This document shows, piece after piece, positions 55,630 through 64,000 of a DNA stretch of 64,000 bases (within the stretch, counting starts at the first letter, position 1; each line of letters begins with the position of its first letter). The position numbers and the translations under genes were made by a program. The notes under the pieces are model-generated. The model saw only the letters and a list, made by a program, of their open reading frames with translations. It was not told the origin of the DNA and did no database searches. The stretch lies in contig JAVJQW010000019.1 in assembly GCA_040218735.1 (NCBI GenBank), positions 64,001-128,000 of the forward strand. Direction: 5' to 3'. The DNA comes from Deltaproteobacteria bacterium. GTDB lineage: Bacteria > Myxococcota > Kuafuiibacteriia > Kuafuiibacteriales > Kuafuiibacteriaceae.

Positions 55630-56256
55630 ATGCTCGGCACGCTGATCGCCACGCTCGTCATCGCCGCTCCCAGCGCTCGGGTCGTGTCCGGACCGATCGA
55701 CTTCACGCCGACCGGCTCCGTGCTCCCGGCGAACGGGGTGCTGTTCGTGCTCTACGCCCACGCAGGCGGCTCGCCGGACGTCACGTACACGTCGAGTGTG
55801 TTCGGCTCCGGGACGCTCACCGAGTCGGCGCGCTACGGCGGGCTGGTGCTGTTCGATCTGCCGGAGGGTCCCGGGCCGCTCTCGATCACGATCGAAGACG
55901 ACTCGGTGCGCCTGCAGACCAACGTCGAGCTGACCGACACACGCGACGACGACGCCCCGGCGGCGCCCGCCGCAGTCGCCACCGCCTGGAGCCCCGCGTC
56001 CGACGACGCCCTCGCGATCGTGAACTACGAGGGGACCACCCCGGTCGACGTGTTCACCGAGAACTCGCAGTACTCGAACCGCCGGAACGACATCGGCGGG
56101 TCGTGCGAGACGGCGCGTGTCATCGACCACGCGGGGAACGTCAGTGACTCGGCACCGCAGGTCTGCGCCGACGCAGAAACCGGCGGCTGCACCACGAGCG
56201 GCGCCGCGTCGTGGTGGGTGCTCGCGGGCCTGCTCGTCGTCTACCGCCGTCGATAG
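55630..56256 (+). CDS. Secreted protein with MYXO-CTERM-like tail (distant relative of 40986/41865)
   Basis: Signal peptide; DDDAPAAP and IDHAGNVS motifs; tail GGC...WWVLAGLLVVYRRR. Confidence 0.68.
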   Translation: MLGTLIATLVIAAPSARVVSGPIDFTPTGSVLPANGVLFVLYAHAGGSPDVTYTSSVFGSGTLTESARYGGLVLFDLPEGPGPLSITIEDDSVRLQTNVELTDTRDDDAPAAPAAVATAWSPASDDALAIVNYEGTTPVDVFTENSQYSNRRNDIGGSCETARVIDHAGNVSDSAPQVCADAETGGCTTSGAASWWVLAGLLVVYRRR

Positions 56257-56888
56257 ATCCGCACCCAGTCCGGCCCCCACGTGAAGGGCGCGTACAGCGT
56301 GCGCTCGAGATCGAACGCGGCGTGATCGATCGCGTGCGACACCGCGACCACGCGCGCGTTCGGCGCGAGGGATTCGAAGCGCTCCACGAGCCGGGCGATC
56401 GTCGAACGTGAGAAGCCCGTCCAATTCACGAACGCGCAGTCGACGTCGGCGTAGTCAGCCTGCAAGGCATCTTGCGCTTCGAGCTTGGCCCCCGCCTGCG
56501 CGAGCGGGCGCGCGGCGACCAAGACGTGCTCCTGGACCAGCTCGTAGCCGGTCGCCTCGGCGTCGAGCCGACGCGCCGCCAAGAGTAAACGCCCGCGCCC
56601 GGCGCCGACGTCCACGACCCGCGAGCCGCTCCGCACCCGGGCGAGCCACAGCAACAGCACCCCCACGAACAGCGGCACCTCCCCGTAGACCAGCTCGTCG
56701 AGGGACTGGCCGCTGGCCTTCACACTCGCGACGTCGCGGTACGCGCGCGGCCAGACGTACGGCGACTTCGCGAAGCGCGCCCGGGTCAGGGCGAAGTAGG
56801 CGCGCAAGAGGTCCGGGCGCGTGGCCAGCACGGCCACGTCGATCACCCGCCAGACCGCGCCGACGAGGTGAAGGAAGATCCGAACCAC
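56241..56888 (-). CDS. Class I SAM-dependent methyltransferase (DOT1-like YGE motif)
   Basis: LVYGEVP, VVDVGAGRGR, GYEL, FTWG. Confidence 0.75.
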   Translation of the reverse strand: MVRIFLHLVGAVWRVIDVAVLATRPDLLRAYFALTRARFAKSPYVWPRAYRDVASVKASGQSLDELVYGEVPLFVGVLLLWLARVRSGSRVVDVGAGRGRLLLAARRLDAEATGYELVQEHVLVAARPLAQAGAKLEAQDALQADYADVDCAFVNWTGFSRSTIARLVERFESLAPNARVVAVSHAIDHAAFDLERTLYAPFTWGPDWVRIYRRR

Positions 56889-56939
56889 CCCCGATGGTTA
56901 CCTCATCGGGGCTTTACGATCCCGCCGGCAGGCCCCAGG

Positions 56940-57479
56940 ATGACCCAAGTGAAGTCGAAGAAGCGCCTGTACCTGATGATCGCCCTCGTGTCCGTGCTCC
57001 TGATGTGGAGCTTCTGCGGCACCAACCAGTCGCAGGACGGCGGCGGCCTCACGCATCTGCACGACCGCCCCTGGCTCACCAACATCCCCGAGACCCCCAA
57101 GGATGCGACCAACGTGCTCGTGTTCGCGTCCGAGCACCCGATCGGCGTCTCGGTCAACGGCAGCCCCTACCAGCACATGGTCACGATGCTGGGTCACAAG
57201 GAGAAGGGGAACAAGATCACGATCGAGGTCCTGCAGGCGGGCAAGAAGTTCACGACGCTGGCGCGCACCTACGAATGCAAGGGCCCGACCAAGGACATCG
57301 ACCTGTGCCTCGAGCTCGGCCCGCGCATGAAGAAGCTCAAGTTCTTCAGCTCGACCAAGTGGCGCCAGGGTGAAGAGGGCACACCGAGCTTCGGTGTCGG
57401 CACGCTCCCGACCCAAATCGAGGCGAAGTCCCTCACCGAAGTCGACGAGCTCACGGGGCTGGGGCTCCTTCACCTCTGA
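56940..57479 (+). CDS. Hypothetical exported/membrane-anchored protein
   Basis: Basic N-terminus plus hydrophobic helix; host-like codon use. Confidence 0.62.
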   Translation: MTQVKSKKRLYLMIALVSVLLMWSFCGTNQSQDGGGLTHLHDRPWLTNIPETPKDATNVLVFASEHPIGVSVNGSPYQHMVTMLGHKEKGNKITIEVLQAGKKFTTLARTYECKGPTKDIDLCLELGPRMKKLKFFSSTKWRQGEEGTPSFGVGTLPTQIEAKSLTEVDELTGLGLLHL

Positions 57480-57616
57480 TCCGATCCTGGGCAAGCCCCC
57501 GGAATCGCCGGTCCAGGGTGGGGGCTACAGACCACGGCTTTTCTCCGCTGACTCCGACCAAAACTGAATATTTCCGCTGACTTGTGCTGACTCGTCGGGA
57601 TCGCTAGCCTGATCGT

Positions 57617-59257
57617 ATGCGACGCGCTCTGCTCCTCGTCGCCGCGCTCGCGTCCGGGTGCATCGGTCGCATCGGCGACCCCGGCGCGGACGTGGACGGC
57701 GACAAGGTCGACCGCCCCGATCCCCCGGAACGCGAGGTCTGCGTCCCTGGCCAACCGCCGATCGTCCCGCGCCTGAAGCGGCTCACCTTCGCGCGCTACG
57801 ACGCCACGATCCAAGACGTCCTCGGCGTCGACCTCAACCCCTCCTCCGCGCTCGGCCCGCAGGTCGCCGGCATCACGCCGCTGCTGTGGTCCGGCGTGCA
57901 AGCCGCCGCCGCCGACGTCGCCGAAGCGGTGGTCTCGGACAACAACCGCTTCACCGCGCTCGTCCCGTGCCAGACCGACGACGCCGCCTGCGCGCGCCAG
58001 TTCGTCAGCACCGTCGGCCGCCGCCTCTACCGCCGCCCGCTCACGCCCGCCGAGGTCGATCGTTACATCGTCCTGTGGGACGCGCGCGCCGAGGTCACCG
58101 AGAACGACACCTTCGAAGAAGGCATCGGCGTCCTCCTCGAGGCGATGCTCCAGTCACCCACGTTCCTCCTCCGCGTCGAAGCATCCACGATGCAAGACGG
58201 CGAACGCATCGTCCTGTCCGGCTACGAGCGCGCCACCCGCATCGCCTACGCGCTGTGGGACGCACCGCCCGACGACGCGCTCCTCACCGCCGCCGCCGAA
58301 GGCCGGCTCGACACCAAGGAAGGCGTCCGCACCGAAGCGCGCCGGATGCTCACCTCCCCCGAAGGCCTCGCGAAGACCCGCCGCATGATGCGCTCGGCGC
58401 ACGCCGACTGGCTCGGTATGACCGGCGCCTACGCCGCGTTCTGGTCGAACACGCAGCGCGACAGCAACCTGTACCCCGAGTTCTCACCCGGCATCGACGC
58501 CGCGTTCCGCGAGGAGGTCCTGCGTTTCCTCGACGTCGTCGCGTTCGAGCGCGAAGGCGCCTTCTCGGACCTCCTCACTTCGCAGGTCACGCAGGTCAAC
58601 GCGCAGCTCGCGCCGATCTACGACCTCGACGGCATCGGCCCCGAGTGGACGACCGTCGAGCTCGACGCCAACCGGCCCGGCCTCCTCACCCGCGCCGGGT
58701 TCGTCGGCACCCACGGCCGCTTCTCGCGGGGGTCTCTCATCTTCCGCGGCGCGTTCGTGCTCACGCGCCTGCTCTGCCAGGAGGTCGGCTCGCCACCCGC
58801 CGGCGCCGACGCGACGCCGCTCCCGAGCGGCGCCGAGCTGCGCACCACGCGCGAGCGCGTCGAGGCGATGACGGCCGGTCAGCCCTGCTCGGGCTGCCAC
58901 ACCACGCGCATCAACCCCGCCGGCGCGGCGCTCGAGTCGTTCGACGGCATCGGCCGCTTCCGCACCGAGGACAACGGCGTCCCGGTCGACACCACCGGCA
59001 CCCTCACGATCGACGGCGAAGCGAAGTCCTTCGCCGATGCGCGTGAATACGCCGAGCTCCTCGCGGTCTCGGGTGAAGCGCAGCAGTGTTACGTCGACAA
59101 ACTCACCGCCTACGCGTTCAACGACGAACACGCACGGCTCGACTGCGGCGGCGGTGCCCTGACGACGTCGCTCGGCAGCGGCTCGCTCACCGACTTCCTC
59201 GTCGACCTCGTGTCCGACGACAACTTCCTGTACCGCGCCACGGAGGAAGCCGAATGA
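57617..59257 (+). CDS. DUF1592/DUF1588 (PSD/PSCyt3) lipoprotein with heme-c motif
   Basis: Lipobox LASGC; RLTFARYDATIQD; RRPLT; LQSPTFLLR; LW..PPD; CSGCH; ESFDGIGRFR. Confidence 0.9.
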   Translation: MRRALLLVAALASGCIGRIGDPGADVDGDKVDRPDPPEREVCVPGQPPIVPRLKRLTFARYDATIQDVLGVDLNPSSALGPQVAGITPLLWSGVQAAAADVAEAVVSDNNRFTALVPCQTDDAACARQFVSTVGRRLYRRPLTPAEVDRYIVLWDARAEVTENDTFEEGIGVLLEAMLQSPTFLLRVEASTMQDGERIVLSGYERATRIAYALWDAPPDDALLTAAAEGRLDTKEGVRTEARRMLTSPEGLAKTRRMMRSAHADWLGMTGAYAAFWSNTQRDSNLYPEFSPGIDAAFREEVLRFLDVVAFEREGAFSDLLTSQVTQVNAQLAPIYDLDGIGPEWTTVELDANRPGLLTRAGFVGTHGRFSRGSLIFRGAFVLTRLLCQEVGSPPAGADATPLPSGAELRTTRERVEAMTAGQPCSGCHTTRINPAGAALESFDGIGRFRTEDNGVPVDTTGTLTIDGEAKSFADAREYAELLAVSGEAQQCYVDKLTAYAFNDEHARLDCGGGALTTSLGSGSLTDFLVDLVSDDNFLYRATEEAE

Positions 59258-60897
59258 AACTCTCGCGACGCAGTCTACTCAGTGGATTGGGCGCCTCCGT
59301 CCTCCTCCCCGCGTTCGGTCGACGCGCGATGGCGCAGGCCGCGCCGAGTCAGCCGAAGAACGCCGTCTTCATGTGGACGCCCAACGGCTTCAACATGAGC
59401 ACGTTCTATCCGCGCACCCGCCACAACGGCAGCGCGTTCGGGCCGCTCACCGCGGAGGCGTTCGCGGCGCGCCCGCTCGATACCGGCAACGAGGTGATCG
59501 ACGGCGTCCCGCGCGCCATCTTCCGGCACCCCGAGTGGGGCCTGTCGAGCCTCGGCGCGTACGCGGATCGCATGAACGTCCTGCGCGGGATGCGCAACTC
59601 GCGGCACGGCTTCCGCGACCTCGCCGACGGCGGCGACCACGGCATGAACACCGCGTGTCGTTTCACCGCCGCGGGAATCGGCTCCGGTCGCGGCCTCGCG
59701 CTCGGGCGCTCCGTCGACTACGCGATCGCCGAAGCGATCAACCCCACGATCGACGGCGGCCGCGCGCCGCTCGTCCTGCACGTCGGCCGCAACTCCGACC
59801 CGCGCAACGGCAACGGCACCAGCTTCGTCAGCTACCGCGGCTCCGAAGATCCGGACCCCGGCATCAACAACCCGTGGGTCGCGTACCGCCGCCTGATGGG
59901 CATCACCGGCGGCTCCCCCGCCGAGGACCACCTCGTCGTGAAACGTCGCCGCATCGCGGACCTCGTTCGCGGCGAGCTTCAGCAGCTCCAGAGCGGGATG
60001 CCGCTCGGCGGCTCGGACCGTCGTCTGCTCACCGACTGGCTCGGCCTCCTCGAGTCCACCGAAGACGACATGCGCAACATGAACATGATGTGCACGACGG
60101 ACACGCGCGACCGCGTGGCCCCGACGTCTCGCGTGCAGACCTACGAAGGACGCACCAACGACCAGCTCGGTCGCTACGAAGACTTCACGGACATCGGCGA
60201 CCTCATGATCCGCATCATCGCGCTGTCGATCCTCTGCGGTCACACCCACGTCGCGACGCTCCAATGGGACGCCGGCGCGGGTGGCCCGGCGTTCGGCGCG
60301 ATGAACATGGGCGACGGTCAACCCGGCACCTGGCACGGCGGCGAACGCCACCACGAGCTCTCACACCGCAACGGCAGCGACGGCGCGGAGCCCGGCTTCC
60401 TCACCGACGTCGAGCGCAACATGTCGTGGATTGACCAGTGGTACGGGCAGCGCTACCGCGACCTCCTCGGGCACCTCGACGACTTCAACCTCCTCGACGA
60501 CTCCGTCGTGGTCTGGATGCCGGAGTTCGGCGACGGCCGGCAGCACCACTTCATCGACATCACCGCCGTCGTCGCGGGGAGCGCGGGCGGCTACCTGAGC
60601 ACGGGGCGCCACGTCGACTGCTCGGCGAACGGCCGCTGGAACGATCGCCTCGACACCGAGACGAACGGCCCGCGCATCCGAGCGCACGACAACCCGGCGA
60701 ACGTCTACGACCTCGACATCGGCTGGACCGACGGCTGCACCTCGCACAACAAACTCCTGACGACCGTCTACAACGCGGTGCTCCCGCGCGACGGGAACGG
60801 GCAGCCGATGGGGGCGATCAACCGCTTCCCGGAGGTCGACACCGCCGACCCGCACAACCTCATCGAGGCCGGCGAGCTGGATCAGATCAAGGCGTGA
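59254..60897 (+). CDS. DUF1552 (HXXSHH) Tat-exported protein
   Basis: LSRRSLL Tat signal; TPNG; SVD..IA; HHELSH; LLDDSVV; ATGA-coupled to the DUF1592 gene. Confidence 0.9.
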   Translation: MKLSRRSLLSGLGASVLLPAFGRRAMAQAAPSQPKNAVFMWTPNGFNMSTFYPRTRHNGSAFGPLTAEAFAARPLDTGNEVIDGVPRAIFRHPEWGLSSLGAYADRMNVLRGMRNSRHGFRDLADGGDHGMNTACRFTAAGIGSGRGLALGRSVDYAIAEAINPTIDGGRAPLVLHVGRNSDPRNGNGTSFVSYRGSEDPDPGINNPWVAYRRLMGITGGSPAEDHLVVKRRRIADLVRGELQQLQSGMPLGGSDRRLLTDWLGLLESTEDDMRNMNMMCTTDTRDRVAPTSRVQTYEGRTNDQLGRYEDFTDIGDLMIRIIALSILCGHTHVATLQWDAGAGGPAFGAMNMGDGQPGTWHGGERHHELSHRNGSDGAEPGFLTDVERNMSWIDQWYGQRYRDLLGHLDDFNLLDDSVVVWMPEFGDGRQHHFIDITAVVAGSAGGYLSTGRHVDCSANGRWNDRLDTETNGPRIRAHDNPANVYDLDIGWTDGCTSHNKLLTTVYNAVLPRDGNGQPMGAINRFPEVDTADPHNLIEAGELDQIKA

Positions 60898-60907
60898 CCG
60901 GCGCCCG

Positions 60908-61426
60908 CTAGCGGCAAGCCCCGCACCCCGCGCAGACGTCGATGTCCTTCATGCGCTCGTCGCTGGCCACGAGCTCCCCGGTGGGTGCGATGGCCTCGGC
61001 GGTGATGCGGAATCGTAGCGGGAGCGTGATGGGGAGGTCGCCGAGCGCATCGCGGAGCGCTTGGAGGTCGGCCTCCGACAACAGCTCCACCGTCGCCTCG
61101 GCCTGCTCACCCGGTCCGAGCGCCGCGCCCCTCGCCGGGAGGTCCCTCGGCGTCGCCGGACAGTAGGTCGCGGCCTCTGCGCCGCGGAACCTCGCCGTCG
61201 CACACTCGATGGTCGAGGTCAGCCGGAGCACCTGGAGTCGCTCCGCGGTTCGATTCTCCAGCAGCACACGAACGCCCGTCGCGGGCGGCGCGTCGACGTC
61301 CAGCGTCAGCGTCTCTGCCGCGTCGCCCGTGGGGCACGCGAGGCCGTTGACGAGGAGACCGGGGGCTTCGTCGCCGCCGCACGCCGTCACGAAGGCGAAG
61401 AGTCCTGCGAGCAGCGCGTTACGCAT
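60908..61426 (-). CDS. Hypothetical lipoprotein
   Basis: MRNALLAGLFAFVTAC; TAAGCT 7 nt upstream; C-terminal DVCAGC. Confidence 0.62.
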   Translation of the reverse strand: MRNALLAGLFAFVTACGGDEAPGLLVNGLACPTGDAAETLTLDVDAPPATGVRVLLENRTAERLQVLRLTSTIECATARFRGAEAATYCPATPRDLPARGAALGPGEQAEATVELLSEADLQALRDALGDLPITLPLRFRITAEAIAPTGELVASDERMKDIDVCAGCGACR

Positions 61427-61508
61427 GCCCGATAGCTTACGCCGCCTCGTGCGCGCCCGCACACCCGCCCCGTCGCCAATCCCGCGGGACCGCTTGTACG
61501 GGCCCTGC

Positions 61509-62840
61509 ATGAAGCGAAACCTACTCGTCTGCTCTTCTCTACTCCTCGCTTTCGCCTGCCTCGAAGGGGGCTCGAACCTCAACGGCCAGCGGTCCGGTAA
61601 CCGCGAAGGGGGCATCCAGCTCTGGCTCGGCGACATCGCCGTGGACGCGGACGGCCGCTACTTCCTGAGCCGCTCCGAGGACCACCTCGTGGTGGGCGAC
61701 CTCCAGCTCGGGTCGCTGTCGGTCATCGACGAGATACCGGTTCCCGAGGTGCTGGTGTTCCGCCCGGATCGGACCGCCGGCTTCTACGCCGTGCACGTCG
61801 AGGTCGACCAGGACGGCACACCGCGCGAGACGGTGACCTCGTTCGACCTCGACCGGCGCGCGATCCTCTGGGAGAAGCGCCTCACGCGCTGGGACTTCAC
61901 GATGGACGTGACCAAGGACGGCGACCGCCTCGTCCTCACGTCCGGCGACTCGATCCTGGTCCTCGACACCGACGACGGCCTGCAGATCGCCGAGGTTACA
62001 CTCGAGCACCCCGCGGTCGACGTCGACCTGCTGAGCGACGGCCGCATCGTCGCGATGGAGCAGCGCACGTTCGACGCAAACAACCTCCCCGAGGCGCGCG
62101 TGTCGGTGTGGTCCTCCGCGGACGGCTCCGCGATCTGCGAAACGACGATCGACAACTGCGACTCGGAGCTCGTCGTCACCCAGGACAGCGCCCGCGCGTT
62201 CATCGCACCGACCCGCTGCGGCCGCGATCCGATCTCCGTCGTCGACCTCGACTCGTGCACCTACCGCGGCAACCTCCCCGGCTTCGGACCCGTCGCGCTC
62301 TCGCCGGACGGCGACACCGTCGTCGGCTTCGCGGACCGCGACGCCAACGATCCCACTGCGCCGCCGCTCCCGCAGTCCGTGCTCGAGAGCGACGACCGCT
62401 ACCACCTGATGTTCGTGGACGTGGAGTCGCTCGACTACGACACCACCGCGATCGGCGACCTCCTCCCGCGCTACGCCTTCACGCCGAACGGCGCGACGCT
62501 GATCGTCGACCACGACGTGGACCGCAACCAGTCGCGCCCCGGTCCGGTCGTGCTCGTCGACGTCGACGACCGCACCCTCCGCGAGGTCGTGGGACCCGAG
62601 GTGGAGATGAACCACTTCGCGCTGACGCCCGACTCGTCGCGCGCGTTCGTCGTCGACCTCGGCCTGTTCGAGCTCGACATCGAAGAAGCGCTCACGAAGC
62701 GCGTCCCGCTGTCGTTCGACCCCGCGTCCGTGAACATCACGCCGCGCGGCGAGACGCTGCTCCTGAAGGACGCGGTCTACGGCCGCGTGCACCTCTTCGA
62801 CATCGCGTCCGAAGAAGAAGGCGCGACGCTCTCGCTCTAG
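61509..62840 (+). CDS. Beta-propeller (YncE/WD40-like) lipoprotein
   Basis: Lipobox LAFAC; blade motifs VTKDG, LSPDG, FTPNG, LTPDS, ITPRG. Confidence 0.75.
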   Translation: MKRNLLVCSSLLLAFACLEGGSNLNGQRSGNREGGIQLWLGDIAVDADGRYFLSRSEDHLVVGDLQLGSLSVIDEIPVPEVLVFRPDRTAGFYAVHVEVDQDGTPRETVTSFDLDRRAILWEKRLTRWDFTMDVTKDGDRLVLTSGDSILVLDTDDGLQIAEVTLEHPAVDVDLLSDGRIVAMEQRTFDANNLPEARVSVWSSADGSAICETTIDNCDSELVVTQDSARAFIAPTRCGRDPISVVDLDSCTYRGNLPGFGPVALSPDGDTVVGFADRDANDPTAPPLPQSVLESDDRYHLMFVDVESLDYDTTAIGDLLPRYAFTPNGATLIVDHDVDRNQSRPGPVVLVDVDDRTLREVVGPEVEMNHFALTPDSSRAFVVDLGLFELDIEEALTKRVPLSFDPASVNITPRGETLLLKDAVYGRVHLFDIASEEEGATLSL

Positions 62841-62923
62841 AGGCGGAAGCCGAGCGCGGAGTGGTCGGTCTGACGGCTGTGCCCAGGTCGCCCGCCCGGA
62901 GGGCGACCGTGAAGGGCGTAGCG

Positions 62924-64000
62924 TTAGCGTAGCCCGAGCAGCCGCTTCACCGCGGGGACGTCCGCGTCCTTCGCGCCGAGCATCTTCCACGCGCGATCGA
63001 TCGTCGCGCGCTCCAGCTTCGGGTTGGCGGCGAGGAGGATGGCGGCGAAGTCGTCGAGCGCCCCGGCTCCGTCGCGCTCCGTGCCGCGGATGTCGTGCAC
63101 GGCGCGTGGGTCGGTCAGGAGCTTCGTGATCCCGGCCGGCGTGACGTCCGCGTCCTTTGCGTTGGCCGCGGTCGCGAGCCCCACGCCGAGCGCGAGTGGG
63201 CTCGCGAAGCTCGTCCCCTCCGATTCCTCGACCTCCCCCATCTGAATCCACACCGGGAGCTTCGTCCCCTGCGCAGCGAGGGCGATGCGGCCCGCCGCCG
63301 AGAACGTCGCGACGCGATCGTCGCGCGGATCGGCGAGGCGCCCGAGGTCCAGCGCGCCGATCCGCAACAGGCCGCGCGTCCCCGTCGAGCCCGACTTCGA
63401 CAGCTCGGGGCGCCCCGAGCGCTTCGCGTCCGCGTACTCATTGCCCGCCGCCTCGAACACGAGGATGCCGACCTTTTGTGCTTCGAAGAGCGCCGTCGTG
63501 AGCTCGGCGCGGGCGGTGTCCATCCGCGCGCGGAAGTCCGTCGTTTGCATCACCTTCATCAGCGCGGGATAGGCCAACCGCTGCTTCAGGGCCTCGACCT
63601 GCGCCTCCATCTTCTCGAAGTCGAATTCGGGCAGGTCCGCGGGTGGGCCCTCCCACGGCGCGTCGTCCGGACCGACCTCGAACGGTTCGTCACAACGCGA
63701 AAACGGCGGTGGCTCGAACGAGATGCCCTCCGGGATCACGACCGGCGCCTCGCCGAGCGTCTCCTTGGCGAGGGCGTGCAGCGGCGAGCCCGGCGGCGCC
63801 GACAGGACCTCCTCGGCGATCGTCTTTGCCATGCGATCCGGGCTCTGGCCGAACGACATGTTCACGAAGATCCGCTTCGCCTCCGGGAGACGTTCGCGCT
63901 GCGCCGCGAGCTGGAGCGTGCGCAGCCGCTTCTCGAGCATCATGCGCTCGAGCTCGTCGGCGGCCCCCTGCACCAACACCTCGAACGACGGCGGCGGTCC
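62924..64000 (-). CDS. S8 subtilisin-like serine peptidase (5'-truncated by window edge)
   Basis: VNMSFG, EAAGN oxyanion motif, GTSFASP catalytic Ser; frame open to the window end. Confidence 0.82.
   Translation of the reverse strand, partial: GPPPSFEVLVQGAADELERMMLEKRLRTLQLAAQRERLPEAKRIFVNMSFGQSPDRMAKTIAEEVLSAPPGSPLHALAKETLGEAPVVIPEGISFEPPPFSRCDEPFEVGPDDAPWEGPPADLPEFDFEKMEAQVEALKQRLAYPALMKVMQTTDFRARMDTARAELTTALFEAQKVGILVFEAAGNEYADAKRSGRPELSKSGSTGTRGLLRIGALDLGRLADPRDDRVATFSAAGRIALAAQGTKLPVWIQMGEVEESEGTSFASPLALGVGLATAANAKDADVTPAGITKLLTDPRAVHDIRGTERDGAGALDDFAAILLAANPKLERATIDRAWKMLGAKDADVPAVKRLLGLR

Overview
High-GC (roughly 70%) bacterial chromosomal window of about 55 genes. The content is typical of Myxococcota/deltaproteobacteria: an FHA-sigma54 activator, two PEGA-domain Ser/Thr kinases, a PP2C, a DUF1592/DUF1552 pair, MYXO-CTERM-like tails and many lipoproteins. 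No rRNA, tRNA, CRISPR array, transposase or integrase was seen. Highlights: (1) a probable unannotated lipoprotein selenoprotein (35297-36523, minus strand) with an in-frame Cys-UGA motif in a thioredoxin-like fold and a bacterial SECIS-like hairpin, split in two by the ORF track; (2) a low-GC single-gene island encoding a DUF4062 - STAND NTPase - helical-repeat protein, an NLR/Avs-like defence candidate; (3) a KamB/NpmA-type 16S m1A1408 methyltransferase whose stop codon lies in the first unit of a 6 x 58-bp tandem array related to a perfect 40-bp palindrome 12 kb away; (4) a guanidine-III riboswitch ahead of a Gdx/SugE exporter; (5) TANNNT boxes 6-9 nt before many start codons, suggesting widespread leaderless transcription. 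All family calls are from motif recognition by eye, with no database searches run.
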